This document shows positions 19,769-30,094 of a stretch of 64,000 nt of DNA, piece after piece (position 1 is the first letter of the stretch; each line of letters begins with the position of its first letter). The position numbers and the translations under genes were made by a program. Under the pieces are notes generated by a model. It was not told the DNA's origin. It did not search any database and saw only the letters and a list, made by a program, of their open reading frames with translations. The stretch is from Ignavibacteriota bacterium (GTDB lineage: Bacteria > Bacteroidota > Ignavibacteria > UBA10030): contig OY969585.1 of NCBI GenBank assembly GCA_963701295.1, positions 768,001 through 832,000 of the forward strand, read 5' to 3'.

Positions 19769-20266
19769 ATTCTATTTGTTTTTACTGATTCCCAATTAAA
19801 ACATTCAGGAATGACTTTCCTTTCATGTCCATGGAGTTTTTAGTGGGCGTCCATTTAATGCTTCGAGCTGTGGGGTATTTAACCTAAAGATATATGAAAA
19901 TACGAATTTTTTAAATTTTTGGAAACTGAATTCGGCAGATAAAAGCGAATAGACGGTAATTGACCGAAATAACTGTCTTAGTTTCACCTCCAAACCTCGG
20001 TCTGCAACTCCAGCTGTATTCGAGTCCGTTCTTCTGAGAGAGAAGAGAAAAGTTTCAATTCTATCATAGGAAAAATAATAGGGGGAAAAAAGTATTAGAA
20101 CAGCGGTACATCGAATTGCTAACGCATAAGATATGAGAAGTATCTGTGGTACACTTTCAATGTGCGCCATAGGTTAGTTCCCTACACCAACCCTTCTTAT
20201 GGAATACTTCCTGAATATATATCCTTTTTCGGTTATAGTACCGTGAAGTTTACTTCGAGTGATGCT

Positions 20267-20983
20267 TTATTTTTTTTCCATCAACCCTATCATTTCCCGA
20301 ACCGCTACTTCTAATCCCACAGAAAGTGCATGTACCATGACAGCATGGCCGATGCTGACTTCATCAATTTCTTTAATGGCTGCAACCGGTTTGATGTTGG
20401 AATAGTCTAATCCGTGACCTGCATTCACGCCGAGCCCAAGAGATCTTCCAAGAGCTGCCGCCACCTGAATTCTTTCGAGCTGCACTTTTACCTCCCCCAC
20501 AGTCTTCGCTTCAGAATACTCTCCAGTATGAATTTCAATCATATCTGTACCGATATCCGCCGATGCTCGCACTTGTGCTTCAACAGGATCGATAAAGAGA
20601 CTAGTAAGAATGCGATTCTGATGAAACTGTTTTACAACGCCGTCAAAAAACTTCTTTTGCATTGCGATATCAAGTCCGCCTTCGGTTGTAAGTTCCTGGC
20701 GTCGTTCCGGCACAAGTGTAACAAGATCAGGTTTGGTCTTTATGGCAATACCAATAATTTCTTCAGTTGCTGCCATTTCAAGATCAAGTTTCTTTTTTAT
20801 GATAGAACGCAGCCGGCGAACGTCATCATCTTTAATATGCCTCCGATCTTCACGCAGATGGCACACGATGCCAACCGCTCCTGCTTTTTCGCAGACAAGC
20901 GCCGCTTTCACCGGATCGGGATCACTTCCGCCTCGTGCATTGCGTAGTGTTGCAATATGGTCGATGTTGATTGCCAGTCTCAT
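20267..20983 (-). CDS. pdxJ: Pyridoxine 5'-phosphate synthase
   Basis: NIDHIATLRNAR, HLREDRRHI, LVPE.RQELTTEGG, IEIHTG, NAGHGL, IGHA. Confidence 0.97.
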   Translation of the reverse strand: MRLAINIDHIATLRNARGGSDPDPVKAALVCEKAGAVGIVCHLREDRRHIKDDDVRRLRSIIKKKLDLEMAATEEIIGIAIKTKPDLVTLVPERRQELTTEGGLDIAMQKKFFDGVVKQFHQNRILTSLFIDPVEAQVRASADIGTDMIEIHTGEYSEAKTVGEVKVQLERIQVAAALGRSLGLGVNAGHGLDYSNIKPVAAIKEIDEVSIGHAVMVHALSVGLEVAVREMIGLMEKK

Positions 20984-21417
20984 GGATTGTTTTTCCTCTA
21001 TTGTCAATCTCCATCGTAAATATAATCATTTTCAAGCAGGAATTGAATTGAGAGAAGTGTTGGAAATCGAACGAAGCTTCTTCTTAATTCTACCAATCTG
21101 TTGTGCAAATTCGATAAAGCTTGTTTACAAGCGTTATATCACATGCGAAGGTTGATGAATATCTTAAAAACAGCATCAGCGCGGTTAGTTCGAAGATGGT
21201 GGAGAAAATGAGGGCACATTTTCCCGCAGGCGAGTCGATTGAGTTCATTATTCTTGACAAATCCGACGAAAAACCTAAAAAAAACTAAATCTTTAGCTAT
21301 ATATGCTTTCGAGGACGATTACGACCTCGAGCAGTACACTGAACTTTCAATGGGGCGGTGGCAACTCTCTTCCCACTATTTCAAATCCCAATTTAGGCGT
21401 ACACAGATGAAATAATC

Positions 21418-21446
21418 TTGCGTCACGAGTGGAGAAATCGTATCTT
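21418..21446 (+). promoter_or_regulatory. Putative sigma70 promoter of the ACT gene
   Basis: TTGCGT-N17-TATCTT. Confidence 0.5.
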
Positions 21447-21499
21447 CCTTTCAAAGGAATGTATGATTCATCCTGGAACTCGATTCAGGAGGCACGCTT

Positions 21500-21892
21500 A
21501 TGGATCAAAAATTGAAGCTTCGTCTACTTGACGATAAATTCGTCATCAGCAAGTTGCCGCAATTTGCTGAACTTCCTTCTGTCTTTGCTAAAGGCGAGTT
21601 GTGTTTCGTGATGCGAACAGACGAAGATCTCACTGTCATCAGTCCGGAGTTTATGGCGCCAAATAATGTTCAACAAGAGATCGGTTATCGCTGTTTTCGT
21701 ACCAGCACAGAAATTCCTCATGATGCAGCTGGTATTCTTACCGCTCTTCTTAAACCACTTTCAGAAGCCGGCATCAGTGTGTTTGCAGTATCTACCTTTC
21801 ACTCTGACTATATCTTTTTATTGGAAGAACATCTTGTGAAGGCAACTCAAGCACTTCAGCATGCAGGACACGAGTTTGTGTACGAAGAATAA
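21500..21892 (+). CDS. ACT domain protein (ACT_7/CASTOR-like)
   Basis: RTDEDLTV, GIL..L..PLSEAGISVFAVSTF.SDYI; AGGAGG RBS. Confidence 0.85.
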   Translation: MDQKLKLRLLDDKFVISKLPQFAELPSVFAKGELCFVMRTDEDLTVISPEFMAPNNVQQEIGYRCFRTSTEIPHDAAGILTALLKPLSEAGISVFAVSTFHSDYIFLLEEHLVKATQALQHAGHEFVYEE

Positions 21893-21917
21893 ATGCCCTC
21901 ATGCACTTTATTTTGAA

Positions 21918-21946
21918 TTGACAATATCTTTTATGCAGTTTATATT
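21918..21946 (+). promoter_or_regulatory. Putative sigma70 promoter of the LamG/T9SS gene
   Basis: TTGACA-N17-TATATT. Confidence 0.65.
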
Positions 21947-22038
21947 GATGTAGTTTCTTTTCATCGTTGTCTACCTAAAAAATACAGAAACCTTTCCTCG
22001 TGAGAGAAATATAATTTCTTTATACAAAGGAGGTCGTC

Positions 22039-25000
22039 ATGCAATCATCGTTAAAAAAACCTATCAGAATTCTTCTAATTGCAAGTACGATCATTGTAAT
22101 ATTCACCTCTAATTTAAGCGCGCAAATGCCAACTCAAGGTTTAATCGGGTACTATCCGCTTAATGGAAACGGATTAGATGTGAGCGGTTATAATAATAAT
22201 GGCACGGTCATAGGAACACTTCCCACAAAGGACAGATTTGCCCGTGACAATTATGCTATGTTTTTCAATGGGGTAGATGATCAGGTGCAACTACCAGATG
22301 TATTTAGATTGAGTTCGTTGACTATATGTGGTTGGATTTGCCCCAATAATGTCGATCAATATGAAAAAGAAGCTTTTACTATTTACCAAGATGCAGATAA
22401 CTACTTTCAAATTTTTCAAACGATGTCTGTCAATAACCTTGCTATTCAAATGCGTTACAATAGAGATGTTCCTTGGGAATTAACCGCAACTAATTCGTCT
22501 TTGCCTCTAAACCAATGGACATTTTGTACTGTTGTAATCGATTCCGCCGGCGGGAAAGTGAGTTTGTACATCAATGGTGAGTTCTCTCAGCAAGTGGATC
22601 TCAACGGAGTGTACCTATCAAATTTCTCCGGAGCGATGGTCACAAGTATTGGTGGCGGGTCGAAGAATTCAACCGACTACTTCAGTGGTAATCTCAATGA
22701 TTTTAGGATTTTTAATCGAGCGTTGAGCGCAAGTGAGATCAACACTTTATACCACGAAGGTAGATGGGATCCAATAGCAAGCGGTTCGATTGCAGGCAGT
22801 TTGGAGGATATTACTTTCGATTCAACAACTGGCGATTCGACTGCAATTCCACTTTCATCTGGATCATCAATCAATTTGTTCCGAGGAACACAGAGTGTTG
22901 GGGCAGTTAGTCCGTCATCAAATGGAACTTTTTTATTTTCTGGACTTGACAGCTTACAGACCTATAGTATTACAATAGATGCTTCTGAGACATTGGTCCC
23001 TACCAATCGTTTCTTCTCATTAGCTCTTTCTAAAACTAGTATAAGCACCGGAACTAATACTTATTTTAATATCCCAATTTCGCTTTTTGGGTCGAGTTAC
23101 TTAATGGCCGATACACTTCTTGCTAGTCCAACACTCAATTCTAGCATACTTCTTGGCTGGGTGCCATTAAGTAGATCCTTATTTCAAGGATATGACGTTT
23201 CTGGAGTTTCAAACTTATTATCGAGTTGGACATCTGTTACAGATAATTACGACCAAATTTCTTCATCTTTGATTCACCTCAATATAGCAGAATGGCAGAT
23301 AGGCAATTATTGTCAAGATGCATCTCTTATGACTATGGAGACTCTTCAATCACTATATCCATTTGCACAACGTATTTTTGGCTTAGCTGGTATTGGGGAA
23401 AAGATCGAGGAATATTCGAAAGACAAACTAGAACTTATCTTAGGAGATGACATAATTAACTATGCCCTAGATGGTATAAATGTGGCCCTTAATTTGATTT
23501 TTTCAAGAATTCCTCCACCTGAAGGTGTTCGCTACCAAGCAGCTTGTGATCAGTTGATGCAAACGACGGAAGCAGCCGGCAAATCTGGTAAAGATCTTTT
23601 GACGGATGAGGCATTCGAGGCATTTTACATTCCTATTGGCGCCAATCTGTTCTTGAGTTACGTTTATGTTCCGGGTACTCAACACACTTTTGATTGGGCA
23701 ATTCAACAATCAAAGTCGTACAATTTCACGGGATCTTACTCGTCTTCATATTCAACGTCATCATCATTATATAATTCCAGCCATGTAAGCACACTCACGG
23801 CTCAGAGCGCAGGTATCGGATTGCGGGCTACATCTGATTTTTTCGATACTGGAAGCGAAATGCTTGCAATAGGGGCATTAATAACCGCACCAGGCGCTCC
23901 ATTAGCCGCTGCATTATCGACTTTATCAACAGTGATGGGAGTCGCCTCACTTGTCACTGTTACGGGGGCCGTTGTTGTTGATGGTGTAAGGTTGGTAAAT
24001 ATTCCGATTGATCTATCAAAAACTATTAGCAGCATATATGGATCAAGTATGAAAAAAACATCTCGCCTGTCTAAGACAGTAGCATTGGGAAAAATGTCTG
24101 GTCTTTCAGGTCTGGCTAATAACCTTCACAAGAGCTCAACTAGCTATAATGACGCGCTCAATATATTAATTACTGACGTAAAAGCTGACAATCGTCAAAA
24201 TGTTCGATTAGATATAGAGACATTGCTTAACTTGGATTCGGTCCTCAATCGCCAGTTACGTATTACTAATTTGTCACTGCAAGCCGTAGCGTCGCTAGGC
24301 GACTCAACTATGGTTCAATTTGATAGTCTTTACTCTCAACATATTGATAACTTTTTTACGTCATCGAACACTAAGCAATCAACATATCTTAATCTTCTGG
24401 CATACTTAATAGACTCGCTGAATGTATCTTACGTTGACTCGATTAAAAAATATGCTACTGCTGCAATTAAGGCAAACAACAGAGTCGATAGTCTCTCAAA
24501 TGAATTGTTGGCATCTGTGCAGAACACTCCTATACCCGGGTATGTTGCTTCTGTCTCAACTTCCGCACCTACAAATGTCAGTGTGAATTCTGTCTTCACA
24601 ATTAAAACGCGATTTCAGAATTTTGGAGGAACTTTGGCAAGCAATCTCTACGCAAAAATTTCACTTTTAGGCGGATTTAGTACAGGAATAGATTCAGTGT
24701 CAGTAGGAAGTTTGAGCCCAAGTGGACAGGATAGCGTCCAATTTGTTGTTACCGCGCCAACAACTGACACTGTCGGTGTCTATTCAATTATTTTTATAGG
24801 TGATAATACATCTTCTGAGCCAGTCGGAGGGGTTATTGTGGCAACGAATTTGATAAGCGTAGGAAATATTGTGCAAACAATTCCAAGATCTTTTAACTTG
24901 TATCAATCTTATCCTAATCCGTTTAATCCGGCAACGACTATTTCTTATGATCTTCCCCAAAAAGAACATGTTACACTTGTCATTTATGATATTCTAGGGC

Positions 25001-25149
25001 GGCAAGTAGAAACTATTGTAGATAACATACAACAACCTGGGAAATATAAGGTCACATTTAATGGATCGAATCTATCAAGTGGTGTTTATTTTTGTCGGTT
25101 GCAGGCTGGTCTATTCGCAGAAACTAAAAAACTTATTTTACTCAAATAG
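22039..25149 (+). CDS. Large T9SS-secreted protein: LamG domain, Ig-like domain, long helical region with hydrophobic hairpin, CARDB/NEW3-like domain, CTD
   Basis: AAGGAGG RBS, signal peptide (LSA-Q), GLIGYYPLNGN..D.SG and F.G.LNDFRIFNRALS..EI LamG motifs, YPNPFNP...KKLILLK. Confidence 0.85.
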   Translation: MQSSLKKPIRILLIASTIIVIFTSNLSAQMPTQGLIGYYPLNGNGLDVSGYNNNGTVIGTLPTKDRFARDNYAMFFNGVDDQVQLPDVFRLSSLTICGWICPNNVDQYEKEAFTIYQDADNYFQIFQTMSVNNLAIQMRYNRDVPWELTATNSSLPLNQWTFCTVVIDSAGGKVSLYINGEFSQQVDLNGVYLSNFSGAMVTSIGGGSKNSTDYFSGNLNDFRIFNRALSASEINTLYHEGRWDPIASGSIAGSLEDITFDSTTGDSTAIPLSSGSSINLFRGTQSVGAVSPSSNGTFLFSGLDSLQTYSITIDASETLVPTNRFFSLALSKTSISTGTNTYFNIPISLFGSSYLMADTLLASPTLNSSILLGWVPLSRSLFQGYDVSGVSNLLSSWTSVTDNYDQISSSLIHLNIAEWQIGNYCQDASLMTMETLQSLYPFAQRIFGLAGIGEKIEEYSKDKLELILGDDIINYALDGINVALNLIFSRIPPPEGVRYQAACDQLMQTTEAAGKSGKDLLTDEAFEAFYIPIGANLFLSYVYVPGTQHTFDWAIQQSKSYNFTGSYSSSYSTSSSLYNSSHVSTLTAQSAGIGLRATSDFFDTGSEMLAIGALITAPGAPLAAALSTLSTVMGVASLVTVTGAVVVDGVRLVNIPIDLSKTISSIYGSSMKKTSRLSKTVALGKMSGLSGLANNLHKSSTSYNDALNILITDVKADNRQNVRLDIETLLNLDSVLNRQLRITNLSLQAVASLGDSTMVQFDSLYSQHIDNFFTSSNTKQSTYLNLLAYLIDSLNVSYVDSIKKYATAAIKANNRVDSLSNELLASVQNTPIPGYVASVSTSAPTNVSVNSVFTIKTRFQNFGGTLASNLYAKISLLGGFSTGIDSVSVGSLSPSGQDSVQFVVTAPTTDTVGVYSIIFIGDNTSSEPVGGVIVATNLISVGNIVQTIPRSFNLYQSYPNPFNPATTISYDLPQKEHVTLVIYDILGRQVETIVDNIQQPGKYKVTFNGSNLSSGVYFCRLQAGLFAETKKLILLK

Positions 25150-25167
25150 CGGAAATAACAAAGAAGA

Positions 25168-25191
25168 AGGGACGTATTATTCTACGTCCCT
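25168..25191. terminator. Terminator hairpin between convergent genes (U-tract on the his-operon strand)
   Basis: AGGGACGTA-ttattc-TACGTCCCT. Confidence 0.7.
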
Positions 25192-25792
25192 ACTTCATCC
25201 TGTTTCTTAATTCTTTTGTTACATCAGCAAGTGTCAAATCCTGTTGGCGAAGAAGTACAAGAAGGTGAAATAAAAGGTCAGCCGATTCTTCGATAAGGCG
25301 TTTTTTATCCTCCAACACTGCAGCAAGCGCAACTTCTACACCTTCTTCACCAACTTTCTGCGCAATACGAGGAGTTCCTTCCTTGAATAATTTCGATGTG
25401 TACGATCCTTCCGGCATCTTTTGTTGACGATCACGAATAATTTCTTCCAACCGATGAAGGAGACTTCCAATATCTACACTTTCATCTTCACCGAAACACG
25501 TAAATTGATTTGTATGACAGACGGGTCCATGTGGAATTGCTTTAATGAGAAGCGAATCATCGTCACAATCCTTTTGTATAGAAACATATTCAAGAAAATT
25601 TCCGGAGATTTCCCCCTTCTGCCATAACCGCTTTTTTGTGCGGCTCCAGAAAGTCACTTTTTTATCGGAAACTGTTTTCTCAAGTGCTTCCCGATTCATG
25701 AATCCCATCATCAACACTTGATTTGTCCGCGCATCTTGTATAACTGCAGGAACGAGCCCATTCAACTTTTCAAAGTTTAGTTTATCAATCAC
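25190..25792 (-). CDS. hisIE: Bifunctional phosphoribosyl-AMP cyclohydrolase / phosphoribosyl-ATP pyrophosphatase
   Basis: WSR...LW.KGE.SGN, DCDDD, CHT...CF, SYT..L, QKVGEE..E, ADLLFH. Confidence 0.96.
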   Translation of the reverse strand: MIDKLNFEKLNGLVPAVIQDARTNQVLMMGFMNREALEKTVSDKKVTFWSRTKKRLWQKGEISGNFLEYVSIQKDCDDDSLLIKAIPHGPVCHTNQFTCFGEDESVDIGSLLHRLEEIIRDRQQKMPEGSYTSKLFKEGTPRIAQKVGEEGVEVALAAVLEDKKRLIEESADLLFHLLVLLRQQDLTLADVTKELRNRMK

Positions 25793-26545
25793 AGTCGCAC
25801 CGGAATATTATTATTATGAAGAAATGATTTTAGTTCTGAAATCGATATTTTGTTATAATGAAAAATACTCGCCGCCAATACTGCATCGGCTTTACCCAGA
25901 AGAATTGCGTCTCGCACATGTTCTTGCGTGCCAGCTCCTCCGGAAGCGATTAACGGAATAGAAACCCGGTCTGAAAGAGCACGCAACAATTCAACATCAT
26001 ATCCGGCTGTTGTACCATCGCGATCCATAGACGTTACCAGCAATTCTCCTGCACCCCGCTGAAACACTTCATTTGCCCACAACAGTGCATCTCTTCCGGT
26101 AGGTTCTGTACCGGCTTTCGTCCATACTGTCCATGAAGTCTTTCATGCGCTTTACATCGATAGCCACAACAACTGATTGTGAACCAACACGCCTGCTTGC
26201 TTCATCAACGAGCGAAGGACTCGCAAGTGCTGCAGAGTTGAGCGAGACTTTGTCTGCACCGGCTTCCAGTGCACAGCTCACATCGTTCACGGTGCTGATT
26301 CCACCGCCAACGGTGAATGGAATTTGAATGGCCGCCGCAACGCGTTCCACCATTTGCAAAAATGTCTTTCGTCCCTCAAGCGTTGCGCTAATATCGAGAA
26401 ATACCAATTCGTCCGCACCTTCGTCTGAATAACGCGCCGCAAGTTTTACCGGATCTCCTGCATCGCGCAATTGCAGAAAATTCGTTCCCTTAACTGTTCG
26501 GCCATCCTTCACATCAAGACATGGGATAATTCGTTTCGTCAGCAT
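25789..26545 (-). pseudogene. hisF: Imidazole glycerol phosphate synthase cyclase subunit split by a +1 frameshift at about 26136-26143 (likely sequencing error)
   Basis: RIIPCLDV...[10 protein letters not shown]-half; removing one base gives [42 protein letters not shown], matching the HisF consensus. Confidence 0.9.
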
Positions 26546-27267
26546 TCAACACCATTCATCTTTGCCAGTTCTTCTATCGAAAGCTTACCTTCGTAGATAG
26601 CTTTTCCGACGATGACCCCAGAAAGCTCAGATTGCTTTAATACTTGAATATCTGCAAGTGTGGATATACCTCCCGACGCGATAATAGAGATTTGCGGAAA
26701 AGCCGATTTGAGGTTTAGAAAAAATTCAATGTTCACTCCACCAAGCATACCGTCACGCGAAATGTCTGTGCAGATGAATATCTTTGCGCCGCGTCTTATT
26801 AAATCGAACACAAAGTCCATCGGCTCAAGATGACTATCTTCCAGCCAGCCGCTGATTGCTACCGAGCCGTTTTTCACATCCATACCGACAACAATACGAT
26901 CGGCGCTAAATCGCTGGATCCAATATTCCACCAACTCCTGTGATTTTGCCGCCACGCTGCCGATGATAACACGCGATGCACCAATTTCAATTAACCGCCG
27001 AATGTCCTCCGTTGTGCGGATTCCGCCGCCAATTTCCACCTGTAATCCAGGCACTGCAAGAATAGAAGTGATAGAATCCCAATTGACGACCTTCTTCTCT
27101 TTCGCGCCCTGCAAATCCACAACGTGTAAGAGTTGGAAACCAGCACCTGCAAATTGCTGAGCCACTTCTTCAGGAGATTCAGCATAGACAGTCTTCTGCT
27201 CGTAATCGCCTTGACGCAGGCGAACACACTTGCCGTCATAAATATCGATTGCGGGGATGATCAGCAT
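26539..27267 (-). CDS. hisA: ProFAR isomerase
   Basis: [38 protein letters not shown]. Confidence 0.96.
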   Translation of the reverse strand: MLIIPAIDIYDGKCVRLRQGDYEQKTVYAESPEEVAQQFAGAGFQLLHVVDLQGAKEKKVVNWDSITSILAVPGLQVEIGGGIRTTEDIRRLIEIGASRVIIGSVAAKSQELVEYWIQRFSADRIVVGMDVKNGSVAISGWLEDSHLEPMDFVFDLIRRGAKIFICTDISRDGMLGGVNIEFFLNLKSAFPQISIIASGGISTLADIQVLKQSELSGVIVGKAIYEGKLSIEELAKMNGVEC

Positions 27268-27854
27268 AGCTCAACAAAATTTTTTAAGAGTTGTAATCCG
27301 ATCCTGCCTGATTTTTCCGGGTGAAACTGAACACCGTAATAATTCTTTTGCTGCAATGCTGATGTAAATTGCACTCCATACTCTGTCGTACCGATGGTCG
27401 CCGACACAATCGGTGCATAATAGGAATGAACAAAATAAAAATATTTGCCTGTAGCAATGCCCGCAAACAATGAACAATTTTCTTTATGTTGAACTTGATT
27501 CCACCCCATATGCGGCACTTTCAGAACTGATTGCTCACTGTTGAACCGTTCATTTGTACCTGTAAGTAAACCGAGACAATCGGTACTGCGCTCCGTTGTA
27601 CGATCAAACAGCAATTGCATTCCGAGACAGATTCCGAGAAATGGTACGTTCACTTCCTTCAGCCAATCCGTAAGACCAACGCGAGTCAGCGCATCCATCG
27701 CACTCCGGGCTTCACCAACTCCAGGAAAAATGAGTTTATCGGCTTTATTCAACTCATGGTGTTCATTGGAAATGAAATGCTGCACACTGAGACGATTGAG
27801 AGCATTGCTCACAGAGCGAATATTCCCGGCACCATATTCTATAATTCCAATCAA
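27261..27854 (-). CDS. hisH: Imidazole glycerol phosphate synthase glutaminase subunit
   Basis: YGAGN, PGVG, GICLGMQ, VPHMGWN, YFVHSY, QFHPEKS. Confidence 0.96.
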   Translation of the reverse strand: MIGIIEYGAGNIRSVSNALNRLSVQHFISNEHHELNKADKLIFPGVGEARSAMDALTRVGLTDWLKEVNVPFLGICLGMQLLFDRTTERSTDCLGLLTGTNERFNSEQSVLKVPHMGWNQVQHKENCSLFAGIATGKYFYFVHSYYAPIVSATIGTTEYGVQFTSALQQKNYYGVQFHPEKSGRIGLQLLKNFVELC

Positions 27855-27950
27855 TAAGTTCTCAACTTTTAGTAATCAGTTTTCAGTATCGAACATTTAA
27901 TTTATGAGTTTATTGTTTATCGTGAATCGCTAAATCGACAATCTTCATTC

Positions 27951-29042
27951 CTATAGCACTCCTTTTGTCGAGGGCAGCACATCCGCATTCTGTTCGTATT
28001 TTGTAACCGCCTGACGCAATGTGCGTGCTACCCCTTTGAAGATTGCTTCAATCTTATGGTGATCGTTTCTGCCAGTAACAGTGATATGGAGATTTGCGCG
28101 CAATCCATCTGCAAAAGCACGGAAGAAATCCTCTACCAGTTCGGTCGGAAACTCGCCAATTTTCTCACGCTCAAAAGACGCAGTGAACGAACAAAACGGA
28201 CGCCCGCCCAAATCCAAAGCCACCTCTGCCAAGGATTCGTCCATTGGCAGAAGAAATCCGTACCGCCCGATTCCGCGTTTATCGCCGAGTGCCTGCCAAA
28301 TTGCTTCACCCAGAGCAAGTCCCGTATCTTCGACACTGTGGTGTTCATCCACTTGAAGATCGCCCTTCACACGAATATTCATATCGATACCGGAATGTTT
28401 TGATAGCAAGGAGAGCATATGATCGAAGAATCCGATGCCGGAAGAAATATCGTAACTGCCTGTGCCATCTAAACTGACTTCTATAGAAATATTTGTTTCT
28501 GAAGTTGTGCGTTGAACGGTCGTTGAACGAGCTTGCTGTACTATGAAATTACATGCTTCTATAAATCTTTCCGTTTTAAAATCAGCTTTCGTCGATGCAT
28601 CCGTCGTTAAACGTACGGATTTGCATCCAATGTTTTGAGCAAGCTGAATATCTGTTTCACGATCTCCAAAGACAAACGAACAAGCAAGATTGACATTATT
28701 GGTTCGGATGAATTCGCTTACTAAACCGATTTTTGGTTTTCGGCAAGCACAAGTATCCTTAGAACTGTGAGGACATATGAACACTCCAGCAAACTGAATA
28801 CCTTCTCCGTTGAGCAGACCCATCAACTTCTTCTGAACAAGATCATAGGATTTCTGCGGATACGCCGCCGATCCAAGATTATCCTGATTCGATACCATCA
28901 CCAGCACATAACCGTATTTTTGAAGAAGCTGCAATCCATGAATGGCACCAGGAATCATTTCTAATTTCTCCAGTGTATCTATTTGCTCATCAGGCGGTTC
29001 GACAATAATAGTCCCGTCTCGATCAAGAAAGACAACGTTCAT
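27951..29042 (-). CDS. hisB: Bifunctional histidinol-phosphatase / imidazoleglycerol-phosphate dehydratase
   Basis: DRDGT HAD motif, C.H...C.CRKP, FFDHML, DEHHSVED, N.HHKIEA, PSTKG. Confidence 0.96.
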   Translation of the reverse strand: MNVVFLDRDGTIIVEPPDEQIDTLEKLEMIPGAIHGLQLLQKYGYVLVMVSNQDNLGSAAYPQKSYDLVQKKLMGLLNGEGIQFAGVFICPHSSKDTCACRKPKIGLVSEFIRTNNVNLACSFVFGDRETDIQLAQNIGCKSVRLTTDASTKADFKTERFIEACNFIVQQARSTTVQRTTSETNISIEVSLDGTGSYDISSGIGFFDHMLSLLSKHSGIDMNIRVKGDLQVDEHHSVEDTGLALGEAIWQALGDKRGIGRYGFLLPMDESLAEVALDLGGRPFCSFTASFEREKIGEFPTELVEDFFRAFADGLRANLHITVTGRNDHHKIEAIFKGVARTLRQAVTKYEQNADVLPSTKGVL

Positions 29043-30085
29043 GCATAGTACTCCTTCACTGCTTGAATAAGCATTTCGTTTTCACGGTGTGTACCGACGG
29101 TAATCCGCAGACAGTTTTCCAAGAGTGGCTCCGTGCTGCGATTACGAACAATAATATCCTTTCCAGCCAGAATACGATAGAGCGCTATTGCATCTGTGCA
29201 TCGGACAAGAATAAAGTTCGCATCCGTCGGATAAACTTTTTGAACACATAAGAGTTGGCCCAACTCCTCAAAGAGCCACTTGCGTTCCTGAATGATCGCA
29301 TCGACCGTTTGATGAACCTCGACTCCTTTACTCAGTGCTTGGAGAGTCGTGCGGCTTGTCAGTGCATTAATATTGTAAGGCGGCTTCACTTTCATCAGAT
29401 ATGAAATAATAAGCACATCCGCGATGCAATACCCAAGACGAATTCCTGCTAATCCCCAGGCTTTTGAAAGTGTACGAAGCACGATAAGATTCGAATGGTC
29501 GAGAACAAGTTTCGCCATAGACTCTGTTTGTGCAAAATCGATGTACGCCTCATCAACAACAACAATAGCTCCAAGTCTGCACAATGTTAAAATATCTTCA
29601 GCATGTAAAAGATTGGCAGTCGGATTATTCGGTGAACAACAGAAAATAAGTTTTGTAGTGGCGTCGACTGTTTTCTTTACTGTCTCAATATCAATTTGGA
29701 AATCCTCGGTCAGCAAACACGAACGAACTTGAACATCCTGGATAGAAGCGGCAACACGATACATGCCATAGGTCGGCTCTAACAATACAACGGAATCCCA
29801 TTTCGGTTCGCAAAACACACGAACGATCAAATCAATCACTTCATCAGATCCAACGCCGACAAACACATTCTCTAAAGCGACGTCATTCATCGCCGCGAGT
29901 ACCGTGCGAACTTCACGCTGATACGGATCGGGATAACGGTTCAAAGACAGATTATCGGCAGTGATGACGCTGCCGAAAGAATTTTCGTTTGCATCAAGCA
30001 GAATGCCCGAAATATAATCCTGCCGCGCGCTGTGATATGGTTTCAAAGCACGGATATTTTCGCGTATGAGCGATTCAATGTTCAT
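29039..30085 (-). CDS. hisC: Histidinol-phosphate aminotransferase
   Basis: LDANEN, NRYPD, GSDE, SPNNPT, DEAY, RTLSKAWGLAGIRLG. Confidence 0.96.
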   Translation of the reverse strand: MNIESLIRENIRALKPYHSARQDYISGILLDANENSFGSVITADNLSLNRYPDPYQREVRTVLAAMNDVALENVFVGVGSDEVIDLIVRVFCEPKWDSVVLLEPTYGMYRVAASIQDVQVRSCLLTEDFQIDIETVKKTVDATTKLIFCCSPNNPTANLLHAEDILTLCRLGAIVVVDEAYIDFAQTESMAKLVLDHSNLIVLRTLSKAWGLAGIRLGYCIADVLIISYLMKVKPPYNINALTSRTTLQALSKGVEVHQTVDAIIQERKWLFEELGQLLCVQKVYPTDANFILVRCTDAIALYRILAGKDIIVRNRSTEPLLENCLRITVGTHRENEMLIQAVKEYYA

Positions 30086-30094
30086 GAAATCATC

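Noticed and set aside
19823-20170. 115-aa minus-strand ORF upstream of the TonB receptor
   Set aside because: No recognisable family, and its 3' end reads through the palindromic repeat remnant (LNTPQLEA). It may be a decayed gene but cannot be supported as a CDS.
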